A stretch of 64,000 nt of DNA. It comes from Candidatus Saccharibacteria bacterium UBA3749 (lineage in GTDB: Bacteria > Patescibacteriota > Saccharimonadia > Saccharimonadales > Saccharimonadaceae). Below, piece after piece: positions 1-8,420 of this stretch (the first letter of the stretch is position 1; the number at the start of each line of letters is the position of its first letter). The notes below the pieces were generated by a model. That model saw only the letters and a program-made list of their open reading frames with translations, had not been told where the DNA came from and did not search any database. A program made the translations under genes and the position numbers. Where the stretch lies: contig DFGN01000002.1 of NCBI GenBank assembly GCA_002371235.1, forward strand, positions 4,774-68,773, given 5' to 3'.

Positions 1-134
1 TCGGGGCACGGGGCGGTTTTTTCTTTTTTTAAAATTATTTAACAATAACAATTCTTTTACAAAATATTTTGCAATATAAGTCAATTTATGTTAAATTCTG
101 TTATAGGGGGGAGCACATTAAAGGAGGTTGAGCA

Positions 135-968
135 ATGAAACAGTCGAGCCAAAACATAGTGTATGAGAGAATCATGGAACACGAAGAAGCGTTATCTCCA
201 TACCATTGGGATCTCGCTTCGTTAAACGCTGAGACGATCATGAATGACCTCGGATATATCACAGAATTCATCGCCTTAAGCACAAAGCCACGCTCATACA
301 ATCACGAACGCTACGGAAAAGCAAGCATCAAAGTTGCACCAGAATCAATAGCTTCTCACACCTTACTCGTCTTACTTATCGTACAGAAAGCATTGGACAA
401 CATTTATGGTCCAGAATCCAAGTATACGATTGACGGCTACACAAGAGAAGTAGTCAGAGAAGCGGTACTTCGTCACGATTTGCCCGAGAACACAATTGGC
501 GATATACCAGATAATGGCACACGAAACGACGTCGAACTGGGCAAAACCGAACGCGAATACTGGAAAAACTTCAGTGACTACGGCAACGACAAGAACTTCG
601 AGAAGAAAGTTAATCGTCTTCTCAAAGAAATGCAGTCCAAATCATCTTATACAGGATGTCTCATTTATGTTGCCGACAAAGCCGCCGCAATCTTGAGAGT
701 TTTGTACGAAGACCAGATTAACGAGCCTGCAGAAATGTCTTTAGACTACGAAGATGCCACAGACAGAGACAGATATGCTATGACGCTTTGTGACAATAAG
801 TCTAATGGCAAATGTCGTGCCAGCGAAATGTGGACGATTAGCTATTTCAAAAGCGCCAAGTCTGTCAACTACGATGAGTATGGGTATGTAACGGCGCTCA
901 TTATCATGATGACGTTACAGACTCATAACCGGTGGTACAGCTGGAAAGCCGAAGACTATCTGATGTAA
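135..968 (+). CDS. HD-domain phosphohydrolase, YfbR/HDDC2-like 5'-deoxynucleotidase family
   Basis: H...HD...D pattern (ESIASHT, RHDLPE..GDIP, VADK); strong SD AAGGAGG at 121-127. Confidence 0.7.
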   Translation: MKQSSQNIVYERIMEHEEALSPYHWDLASLNAETIMNDLGYITEFIALSTKPRSYNHERYGKASIKVAPESIASHTLLVLLIVQKALDNIYGPESKYTIDGYTREVVREAVLRHDLPENTIGDIPDNGTRNDVELGKTEREYWKNFSDYGNDKNFEKKVNRLLKEMQSKSSYTGCLIYVADKAAAILRVLYEDQINEPAEMSLDYEDATDRDRYAMTLCDNKSNGKCRASEMWTISYFKSAKSVNYDEYGYVTALIIMMTLQTHNRWYSWKAEDYLM

Positions 969-988
969 TATTCAACCTCCCCCTTACT

Positions 989-1028
989 AAGCCCTACGTT
1001 CCAAGCATTATGGAAAGTGGGGCTTTTT
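989..1028 (+). terminator. intrinsic terminator after HD gene
   Basis: aagccc-tac-g-ttcca...tggaa-a-gtg-gggctt stem followed by T-run. Confidence 0.7.
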
Positions 1029-1030
1029 CA

Positions 1031-1039
1031 TGTTATAAT
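1031..1039 (+). promoter_or_regulatory. extended -10 promoter (TGTTATAAT) for thyA-folA-glyA
   Basis: TGnTATAAT followed by SD AAGGAGG and ATG at 1058. Confidence 0.7.
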
Positions 1040-1057
1040 GCTACAAAAGGAGGTCAA

Positions 1058-2023
1058 ATGAGTAAATTTGATGAACAGTATATTGACTTATGCCGGCGTA
1101 TTCTAGACCACGGTGAGCATATAACCAATTACAAGAAAAATGATTCCAGGAGTAAAACCACATCAGCCACCATACCCGACCATGCAGCACAGGCATGTTC
1201 CGCCGCAAGCACCATTCGACTTCCCCACCAAGTCTTACAATTTGATCTAGAAGAAGAATTCCCAATCCTAGTAAGCAAAAAGGTTGCTTTCAAAACTGCA
1301 GTTTTAGAAATCCTCTGGATCTATCAAGTTGCGTCCAATGATGTCCGTTGGCTACAAGATCGCAACGTCAAGATTTGGAACGAATGGGAGATTTCCAACT
1401 CTGGTAAATATCAAGGACGAAATATTAACGAAATATACGCCACCAAACACCCCAATGAACCAAAAGAAGATTTCGCCCATACCATAGGTACAGCATACGG
1501 CTGGATTGTAAGAAAATACCACTTAATCGAAAACCTAATTGAAACTCTAAAACAAAACCCAGGCAATCGCCGCATGGTCATATCCCTCTGGCAAAACGAA
1601 TGGCTCGAAACCGCCGCCCTCCCCTCTTGTGTCTGGAATTCACAATGGAATCTAATTGAAGGCAAACTGAACCTACTTGTTACTTCTCGTTCATCCGATG
1701 TCCCTCTCGGGCTACCTTTCAATATAGTTCAATATGCCACCTTATGTCATCTAATTGCTCACTCTATCGGTGCAAAACCAGGCCAATTTACGTTTATCAC
1801 GAACGACGCACACATTTATGAAAACCAAGTCGATGGCATCAAGGAACAAATCTCACGTTACGAAAAAGCAATAGCGAATAATACATTACCAGACACCCCA
1901 ACGCTATGGCTAAATCCAAAGATCAAAGATTTCTTTGATTTCGACAACTCGCGCGAACTCAAGGATATCAAACTAGAAAACTATCAAGACTTAGGCATCA
2001 TTAAAATGCCGGTTACGGAGTAA
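1058..2023 (+). CDS. thyA: thymidylate synthase
   Basis: RRM, LPSC (catalytic Cys), RSSD..LGLPFN, DAHIYENQ motifs; start moved to 1058 (SD-supported). Confidence 0.95.
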   Translation: MSKFDEQYIDLCRRILDHGEHITNYKKNDSRSKTTSATIPDHAAQACSAASTIRLPHQVLQFDLEEEFPILVSKKVAFKTAVLEILWIYQVASNDVRWLQDRNVKIWNEWEISNSGKYQGRNINEIYATKHPNEPKEDFAHTIGTAYGWIVRKYHLIENLIETLKQNPGNRRMVISLWQNEWLETAALPSCVWNSQWNLIEGKLNLLVTSRSSDVPLGLPFNIVQYATLCHLIAHSIGAKPGQFTFITNDAHIYENQVDGIKEQISRYEKAIANNTLPDTPTLWLNPKIKDFFDFDNSRELKDIKLENYQDLGIIKMPVTE

Positions 2024-2025
2024 AC

Positions 2026-2499
2026 ATGTTTAGCATCATCGCTGCAATCGGCAAAAATCGAGAACTAGGTAAAGATAACCACCTCATCTTCAAAATCAAA
2101 GACGATATGAAATTCTTCCGTGACGCAACTATAAAACATAAGGTTGTCATGGGCCGCAAAACCTGGGAAAGTCTCCCTGGCAAATTAAAAGACCGCGAAA
2201 ACATAGTTATTTCAAAAAACACGTTTGACGGTCCGGATAGCATTATCCACGATATGCAACAATTCATCGAAGACAACAAAAATACAGATGAAGAAATATT
2301 CATCATAGGTGGCGCAACGATTTATCAAGCTTTCTTGCCCTATTCCAAAAACCTCTATCTAACCGAAGTAGCCTCTACCTGCAATGAAGCCACAGTCTTT
2401 TTTCCAGATTTTAAACCAAAAGATTACACTAAAACTCTAATCAAGAAAGGCTCCGACAATGGTCTAGATTTCTCCATTTTTAAATATACCAAAATTTAA
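2026..2499 (+). CDS. folA: dihydrofolate reductase
   Basis: IAAIGKNRELG, VVMGRKTWESLP, IIGGATIY motifs. Confidence 0.95.
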   Translation: MFSIIAAIGKNRELGKDNHLIFKIKDDMKFFRDATIKHKVVMGRKTWESLPGKLKDRENIVISKNTFDGPDSIIHDMQQFIEDNKNTDEEIFIIGGATIYQAFLPYSKNLYLTEVASTCNEATVFFPDFKPKDYTKTLIKKGSDNGLDFSIFKYTKI

Positions 2500-2534
2500 A
2501 ACTACTATACCAATCACAAAATAAAGGAGACAAA

Positions 2535-3920
2535 ATGAAAGATTTAGTACTAAACCTAATAAAACAGGAACAAAAACGCCAAAGCGAAGGACTAGAGCTC
2601 ATCCCGAGCGAAAACTACGTCTCAAAAGCTGTTCTTGAGGCTATGGGCTCAGTTCTAACAAATAAATATTCCGAAGGATACCCAAGTTTCGAAGGCCTCA
2701 CGGATTGGAGCGAAGAAGAAATCTCCGAAAAAATTCTGCCAAACCATAGATATTATGGGGGACAAGCCAATGTCGATCGCATTGAGCGTCTTGCTATTGC
2801 ACGCGCCTGCAAATTATTCAATTCCGATCATGCCAACGTTCAGCCCCATTCTGGCGCCAATGCTAACGAGGCGGTTTATTTTGCCTGGTGCAACCCCGGC
2901 GACAATATTCTGGCCATGAATCTAGGCCACGGTGGCCATCTTACTCACGGCTCACCAGTTACTCGTAGTGCAAAGATCTATAACTTTATTCCATATGGAA
3001 CAGACGACAGAGGCGATCTTGACTACGATCAAATTGAATCGCTCGCATTATCTAACGACATTAATCTAATCCTAGTAGGATATTCCGCCTTTCCGCTAAT
3101 CCCAGATTTCAAGCGCGTAGCTGACATCCGAAAAAAAGCCGAAACCAAATGGGGCCACGAGATACTCCTAATGGCCGACATGGCCCATGTCGCCGGCCTC
3201 ATTGCTGCCGGCATTCATCCTAATCCTCTAGATTTCGGTTTTAACGTCATGACCACAACTACCCACAAGACACTTCGCGGCCCACGTGGTGGCCTAATTC
3301 TAACCAATGGTAAAGTCGGCAACCCCTTAAAAAAGATCGAGCACAAATCTCTTGAAAATATCCCGACTCTAGTCGATAAAGCCGTCTTCCCTGGGACCCA
3401 AGGTGGCCCACTCGAACATATTATTGCCGCCAAGGCGGTCGCTTTCGGCGAAGCCTTGAAACCTAGTTTCAAAATTTACGCCAAGAATATCGTAAAAAAC
3501 GCTAAGGCCCTGGCCGAAGAATTGAAGAAGCGCGGATTCGTTCTTCAAGCCGATGGCACAGAGAATCACCTCATTTTGATTGATGTTATGAAGAGCTATG
3601 GTATTAACGGCAAGATCTACGAGAAAGCCCTTGATTTAATCGGATTAACTTTAAATGCCAATGCCCTCCCAGGCGATACTGGTGGCGCCTTCCGTCCCAA
3701 TGGTGTCCGCCTTGGCACCCCAGCCATCACTACTCGCGGCCTCGGCGTTAAAGAAATGGCCAGAATCGCCGAATGGATGGAAGAAGTTGCCCTCCTCTGC
3801 CAGAAAGCCGAACAAGACGGCTTGTCCGACTCTGAATTCGCAAGTTTAACCGAAATCGCCAAACTCCGCCAAGAGGTCAAGACTCTCGCTCTCAGCTTCC
3901 CATTACCGATAAGCAAATAA
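2535..3920 (+). CDS. glyA: serine hydroxymethyltransferase
   Basis: LIPSEN, NVQPHSG, GGHLTHG, TTTHKTLRGPRGG, RLGTPA motifs. Confidence 0.97.
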   Translation: MKDLVLNLIKQEQKRQSEGLELIPSENYVSKAVLEAMGSVLTNKYSEGYPSFEGLTDWSEEEISEKILPNHRYYGGQANVDRIERLAIARACKLFNSDHANVQPHSGANANEAVYFAWCNPGDNILAMNLGHGGHLTHGSPVTRSAKIYNFIPYGTDDRGDLDYDQIESLALSNDINLILVGYSAFPLIPDFKRVADIRKKAETKWGHEILLMADMAHVAGLIAAGIHPNPLDFGFNVMTTTTHKTLRGPRGGLILTNGKVGNPLKKIEHKSLENIPTLVDKAVFPGTQGGPLEHIIAAKAVAFGEALKPSFKIYAKNIVKNAKALAEELKKRGFVLQADGTENHLILIDVMKSYGINGKIYEKALDLIGLTLNANALPGDTGGAFRPNGVRLGTPAITTRGLGVKEMARIAEWMEEVALLCQKAEQDGLSDSEFASLTEIAKLRQEVKTLALSFPLPISK

Positions 3921-3927
3921 AATCATT

Positions 3928-3978
3928 CTAAATCCAGCGAACAACAATAATCGCAACAACGGTATGTTAGTACGCCGC
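3928..3978 (+). other. DGR template-repeat-like 3' fragment (AAC/AAT-rich), inverted relative to the adjacent VR
   Basis: CTA AAT CCA GCG AAC AAC AAT AAT CGC AAC AAC GGT ATG TTA GTA CGC reads LNPANNNNRNNGMLVR, parallel to the VR end YPGTINYYKYNGRTVRC. Confidence 0.55.
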
Positions 3979-4007
3979 TCAATTAAGGGTACAGTTCAAA
4001 CAGTTCA

Positions 4008-5834
4008 CTAAATGCCAGGGGCGACGCAGCGCACTGTCCTCCCGTTGTACTTGTAGTAGTTGATTGTGCCTGGGTAGACGTTAGACGAAGACAGGCTCAA
4101 GTTGTAGGCGTAGTTGGACGAGACGGCCGTAGACGACCAATAGTAGCCGTACGAGCCACGACTGCCCACCGAACCACTGCTGACGCTGCCGGAATAGACG
4201 AAGTTATTAGGATAAGTTCTCATTTTATTAGAAGCATCCGTACCTTCTGGAGTACCCGTGTAATAGAAGTAATCATTAGCAAAGTTTGCTGGATCTACTC
4301 CTATAGTAGCACGCGATAGTTTCCAGAAGTCACTTACATCCACATTAGCCTTTCTACCACCTTTTGGTAGATGCCAACCAGCAGGACATAGGTCACCTGC
4401 TACACTATTATTGTTGGTACCAAAGCTATATGTGCCATTGCCAGCCGTAGCGGAGTACCAGTTGTAGTAGTTACCATAAGAGTACATTGCCACGCCATTT
4501 GCGGTTGGGCCTGATGCGCGGTTTGTAGTATTGCCCGTAAATAGCATTGATTGATCATCGCAGGAAGCAGCATTGGTAGTACACCATGCAGTCGTAGTGG
4601 GATCTTGTGAAGCGGAAAGAGTGTTATATGTTTCAGTATCTGAATAGTTGTGTTTGAGGGTGACGTTAGTGCCGTCGTTTAGTGGTTTGTTAGTATTGGC
4701 GATAGTAAGAGTAGCGGAGTTGTCTAAGCGAAGGTTTTCTATCATCCAACATTTACCGTCAGCGAGTTTAGCGACGGCATATGTTTCGTCATCACGCTGA
4801 TCAGTTAAAGCAGAGACAGAATCTAGGTTAGCAGTACCATCAGTAGGGGCTATTGTAAGGCTATTAGAACCATTACCGCAGAGAGTATTTACTACGGCAG
4901 AGTTTTGTAAGTAACCAACTGACTTAATCCAAACTGCATAGAGTGATAATCCATCAGCAGTTGTACCATTTGGTACTGTAATAGTTTCATTAGGACCATA
5001 GAACTTAGCATTAGGATTAATGTCATAGTCATAAACATCACTCCAACCAGCAAAGCCATAACCAGCTCTACTATAGTTAGAAGCAAGTAGTGTTACACTA
5101 GCTCCATCAGCAGAAGCGGTTTGCCTTCCCATTGTACCTTCAGTACCACTTAGGGCATTAACGTTATAGCAAATCTTACCACCTTCACAAGCTACTGGAC
5201 CTAATTGTGGTTCAGGATTAGCTACAGCAATGAAATTAATTACGTTCTTATATTCACCAGAAGCTTGAGTAGTAGATGCTCTTGCACCTATTTTAAATGT
5301 AATATAATCACTAGCTGCTGCAGCATCAGTATCAATTAGTGTAGTTACATTATCATTATCACTATATAATGGTAATCCAGAATAATTAGACCAAGTAGAG
5401 TTAGTTTCTGATGTTCTATAAGCATATCCCCATGTACTATCAGTAGCTATAGTAGCTTCACTAGCTCCAAAGTTAAGACTGGAGAATACTGGAGCGGTAA
5501 CACTATTACTGTTACCACTGCCGTTATTGTCAAGTACTAAATCTCTAGTTTCATAATCATCTTCTTGTCCTACTGTAGCATTTAGAGTATATCCATAGGC
5601 TGTATTAGTGGTTACTGTGACTGTTATTTCATTACTATCTGCCATACTACCAGGAGCAAGTTCTGGTATTACTAAATCAGCTGATGATAATGATATAGAT
5701 ATCATTGGATTGAAGGTAAAGCTAATATCTGCGTCTGACGAGAAAGTAAGGGCGGAGGTGGAGCCAGCGCTAATCAAACCAGACATTACGCCAAGCATTA
5801 AAGTTAATAATAAGAAATGTCGTAACTTATTCAT
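4008..5834 (-). CDS. secreted surface protein with C-terminal FISUMP (Fibrobacter succinogenes major paralogous, C-type-lectin-like) domain; probable DGR target
   Basis: signal peptide; DGKCWMIENLRL, GNYYNWYSATAG, LCPAGWHLP, GYYWSST...VRCV motifs; B-repeat-like GYGFAGW. Confidence 0.8.
   Translation of the reverse strand: MNKLRHFLLLTLMLGVMSGLISAGSTSALTFSSDADISFTFNPMISISLSSADLVIPELAPGSMADSNEITVTVTTNTAYGYTLNATVGQEDDYETRDLVLDNNGSGNSNSVTAPVFSSLNFGASEATIATDSTWGYAYRTSETNSTWSNYSGLPLYSDNDNVTTLIDTDAAAASDYITFKIGARASTTQASGEYKNVINFIAVANPEPQLGPVACEGGKICYNVNALSGTEGTMGRQTASADGASVTLLASNYSRAGYGFAGWSDVYDYDINPNAKFYGPNETITVPNGTTADGLSLYAVWIKSVGYLQNSAVVNTLCGNGSNSLTIAPTDGTANLDSVSALTDQRDDETYAVAKLADGKCWMIENLRLDNSATLTIANTNKPLNDGTNVTLKHNYSDTETYNTLSASQDPTTTAWCTTNAASCDDQSMLFTGNTTNRASGPTANGVAMYSYGNYYNWYSATAGNGTYSFGTNNNSVAGDLCPAGWHLPKGGRKANVDVSDFWKLSRATIGVDPANFANDYFYYTGTPEGTDASNKMRTYPNNFVYSGSVSSGSVGSRGSYGYYWSSTAVSSNYAYNLSLSSSNVYPGTINYYKYNGRTVRCVAPGI
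4011..4205 (-). other. DGR variable-repeat (VR)-like segment
   Basis: abrupt switch to C-ending codons (TAC, AAC, GTC, AGC, GCC) in the ligand-binding C-terminus, unlike the A/T-ending codons of the 4840-5700 gene body. Confidence 0.65.
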
Positions 5835-6002
5835 AAGCTTATTGTAACATATTATTACGTTTTTTGATAAAATTTATTATATCTTTTCGACTAGCCACAA
5901 CGCTCTATTCCATGGACTACTGACGGCGTCTGGGGACCCAATTCGAGCTTGACGAGAATGGGAAGAAAGCACCAACAGGACCTGTCCAGAGACAACAAAA
6001 AA

Positions 6003-6016
6003 GGTGGAGTATAGGA
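6003..6016 (-). repeat. 14-bp direct repeat of the tRNA-Ala 3' end (att-like)
   Basis: ggtggagtatagga occurs at 6003-6016 and at 6083-6096. Confidence 0.8.
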
Positions 6017-6050
6017 AATGGGCAATCTCTAGCTACGTCCACATAAATCA

Positions 6051-6080
6051 AAATAAGCCGCAAGCGGCTTCTTTCGTTTT
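6051..6080 (-). terminator. terminator downstream of tRNA-Ala
   Basis: aagccgc-aa-gcggctt dyad flanked by A/T runs. Confidence 0.65.
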
Positions 6081-6081
6081 A

Positions 6082-6157
6082 TGGTGGAGTATAGGAGATT
6101 CGAACTCCTGACCTACTGATTGCGAACCAGTCGCTCTACCAACTGAGCTAATACCCC
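6082..6157 (-). tRNA. tRNA-Ala(CGC)
   Basis: 76-nt cloverleaf GGGGTAT...ATACTCCACCA; G3:U70 Ala identity pair; anticodon loop TTCGCAA; GTTCGAATC T-loop; encoded CCA. Confidence 0.97.
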
Positions 6158-6178
6158 ATCCTCAAATCATTATACCAT

Positions 6179-6207
6179 AAAAATAAGCCCCCGAGGGGCT
6201 TATTTTT
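6179..6207 (-). terminator. terminator after rpsI
   Basis: aaataagcccc-cga-ggggcttattt inverted repeat. Confidence 0.8.
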
Positions 6208-6601
6208 AACGCTTTGAGAACTGTTCCTTCTTGCGAGCAGAACGCAAGCCATACTTTTTGCGCTCTTTTTCTCTCGGATCGCGTGAAGTAAATCCAGCCT
6301 TCTTTAGTACCGGACGTAAATCTGGTGAATCTGTTACTAGGGCCTTCGATATAGCTAGTTTAATAGCGTCTATCTGTCCAGCAAGTCCACCACCTTTTAC
6401 GACAATAGTAATATCATACTCCTTCTGTTTACCAGCTAGTGCCAAAGGATCGGTAATTTCGGCAAGATAAGTCTTATTACCAGACAAATATTCAAGAGCC
6501 AACTTACCATTAATAGTAATCTCACCCTTACCGGCATACAAACGAGCGGTTGCCGTGGCAGATTTACGACGGCCAAGACCGTAAGTATATTTCTTTGCCA
6601 T
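6206..6601 (-). CDS. rpsI: 30S ribosomal protein S9
   Basis: GLGRRK, GGGLAGQ, ERKKYGLRSARKKEQFSKR. Confidence 0.98.
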   Translation of the reverse strand: MAKKYTYGLGRRKSATATARLYAGKGEITINGKLALEYLSGNKTYLAEITDPLALAGKQKEYDITIVVKGGGLAGQIDAIKLAISKALVTDSPDLRPVLKKAGFTSRDPREKERKKYGLRSARKKEQFSKR

Positions 6602-7026
6602 TATTTAATCTCCTTTGGATTCTGCGCAGAATGAGCATGCTCAGCTGTATCGAACACGCGAAGTCGCTCCAATCTATCAGCAGCTAATTTGTTCTTAGGA
6701 AGCATACCCTTAACTGCCTCACGAATTGCAAGAGCAGGGTCCTTCTCTATTACTTCTGCAAGACTTAGTTCCTTAAGTCCACCTGGGAAGCCACTATGAC
6801 GATAGTATTTCTTCTGCAGCATCTTATCACCAGTCACTGTAAGGTTTTTCGCATTGATAACCACTACGTAATCACCATTATCAATATGTGGTGTATAGGT
6901 AACCTTACTCTTACCCATTAACTTGTCGGCAATCACTACAGCTAGTTTGCCTAGCGGCAAGGTAGAAGCATCAATTACCCACCATTCACGCTTTACCTCA
7001 GCACCCTTCTGAGAATAAGTTTTCAT
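6601..7026 (-). CDS. rplM: 50S ribosomal protein L13
   Basis: WWVIDA, YTPHIDNGDYVVVINA, YYRHSGFPGG. Confidence 0.98.
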   Translation of the reverse strand: MKTYSQKGAEVKREWWVIDASTLPLGKLAVVIADKLMGKSKVTYTPHIDNGDYVVVINAKNLTVTGDKMLQKKYYRHSGFPGGLKELSLAEVIEKDPALAIREAVKGMLPKNKLAADRLERLRVFDTAEHAHSAQNPKEIK

Positions 7027-7451
7027 TATTTATCCTCCTTTTTGGTTGCTTTCTTATCTTTTGTATCAATATTCTTGGACTCTAGCTCATAATCAATTTC
7101 ATCGACAAAACTGATCGTACCCATCTCTGAATTATCACCACGGCGTAATCCCGCATGTTCAATTCTAAGATAACCAGAATCTCTCTTAACCTGTGGAGCA
7201 ATCACGTCCATAAGAATAGCTGCAGCTTCAATATCGTTTAACCGCTTAATTATTAAGCGACGATTGGATAGCCCGCCTTTTTTGGCAGTAGTAATTAGCT
7301 TTTCCATTCCACGACGGATTTCTTTAGCACGAGCAAGAGTTGTAGTTATAGTTTGATACCTAATCAAGGAGCACATCAACCCACGTGTTAGCGCCAACCT
7401 CTGATCGGTCTCACGGCCAAATTTGCGGCCTTTAATACCATGTCGGTGCAT
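7026..7451 (-). CDS. rplQ: 50S ribosomal protein L17
   Basis: MHRHG..GRKFGR, ITTTLARAKE, GYLRI, RRGD. Confidence 0.97.
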   Translation of the reverse strand: MHRHGIKGRKFGRETDQRLALTRGLMCSLIRYQTITTTLARAKEIRRGMEKLITTAKKGGLSNRRLIIKRLNDIEAAAILMDVIAPQVKRDSGYLRIEHAGLRRGDNSEMGTISFVDEIDYELESKNIDTKDKKATKKEDK

Positions 7452-7452
7452 A

Positions 7453-8406
7453 TTAAAAATTTAACTCCGTTAACTTTTCTTTTACTTCATCTAATGCTTT
7501 TTGTCCGAAACCTTTTAGTTCTCTCAAATCAGTCTCAGAGAGAGTAACAAGATCCCTAACAGTCTTAATATCATTGTTAAGCAACGCATTAGCAGTCCTT
7601 GCAGACAATTCTAAATCTTCAATTGAAACATTGAGACCAGAATCATCATCATCTTTATTAAGACCAGGCGCAGGGGTAGATTCGACTACAGTACTCCCAG
7701 CCAAAGCCTTGTATTGATTAACCAAAATTGCCGCAGCTTCTTCAAACGCATCCTTAGGCGTTATCGTGCCATCAGTGTCTATCGTTAAAGTCAACTGCTG
7801 TAAATTGGTATCCTGTCCTACACGAGTGTTCTCAACCTTATAACGAACCCGTAATACAGGAGTGAATACGGCATCAACAGCAATCATGTCCGAATGAACA
7901 CGATCAGCACTCGAGTTTTCGATCGTAAGATAACCACGACCAGTCTCAACGACAAAATGCATCTTCAGCACAAATTTCGGGTCATCAATATGACAAATAA
8001 GCTGGTTCGGATTAGCGATTTCGACCTCAGATGGAAGCTTAATATCGCCAGCAACTACGCGTTTGTCGCCATCCTTATCAACGGATTGCTTATCACCCTT
8101 AATCTCAAGGTCAAGCTCAATTGGAGCATCTGTATGTGCCTTAAAACGAATATTCTTTAGATTAAGCATAATATCCACAACATCCTCACGAATGCCAGGT
8201 ATTGCAGCATATTCATGCGTAGAGCCTTCGATCGAGAAAGCAGTGATTGCAGCACCCTTTATGCTAGAAAGTAAAACTCTCCTTAAAGAATTGCCTAGAG
8301 TATTACCATAGCCATAGTATAAAGGCCTAATGACAAATTCTGCGCTAGTCTCGCTTAGTTTGTTCACTTCTGCAAGTGTAGCTTCATGAATGTTTTTAGT
8401 AGTCAT
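7453..8406 (-). CDS. rpoA: RNA polymerase alpha subunit
   Basis: GYGNTLGNSLRRVLLSSI, HEY..IPGIREDV, alpha-CTD IEDLELSARTANAL. Confidence 0.98.
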   Translation of the reverse strand: MTTKNIHEATLAEVNKLSETSAEFVIRPLYYGYGNTLGNSLRRVLLSSIKGAAITAFSIEGSTHEYAAIPGIREDVVDIMLNLKNIRFKAHTDAPIELDLEIKGDKQSVDKDGDKRVVAGDIKLPSEVEIANPNQLICHIDDPKFVLKMHFVVETGRGYLTIENSSADRVHSDMIAVDAVFTPVLRVRYKVENTRVGQDTNLQQLTLTIDTDGTITPKDAFEEAAAILVNQYKALAGSTVVESTPAPGLNKDDDDSGLNVSIEDLELSARTANALLNNDIKTVRDLVTLSETDLRELKGFGQKALDEVKEKLTELNF

Positions 8407-8420
8407 ATATTCTTTTCTCC

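Noticed and set aside
1-30. GC-rich arm plus T-run at the window start
   Set aside because: Probably the right half of a terminator, but it is truncated and cannot be evaluated.
1120-1215. Mobile palindrome as the source of the ThyA N-terminal insertion
   Set aside because: Only a short catgc/gcatg stem is present and there are no terminal repeats; more likely a lineage-specific protein loop.
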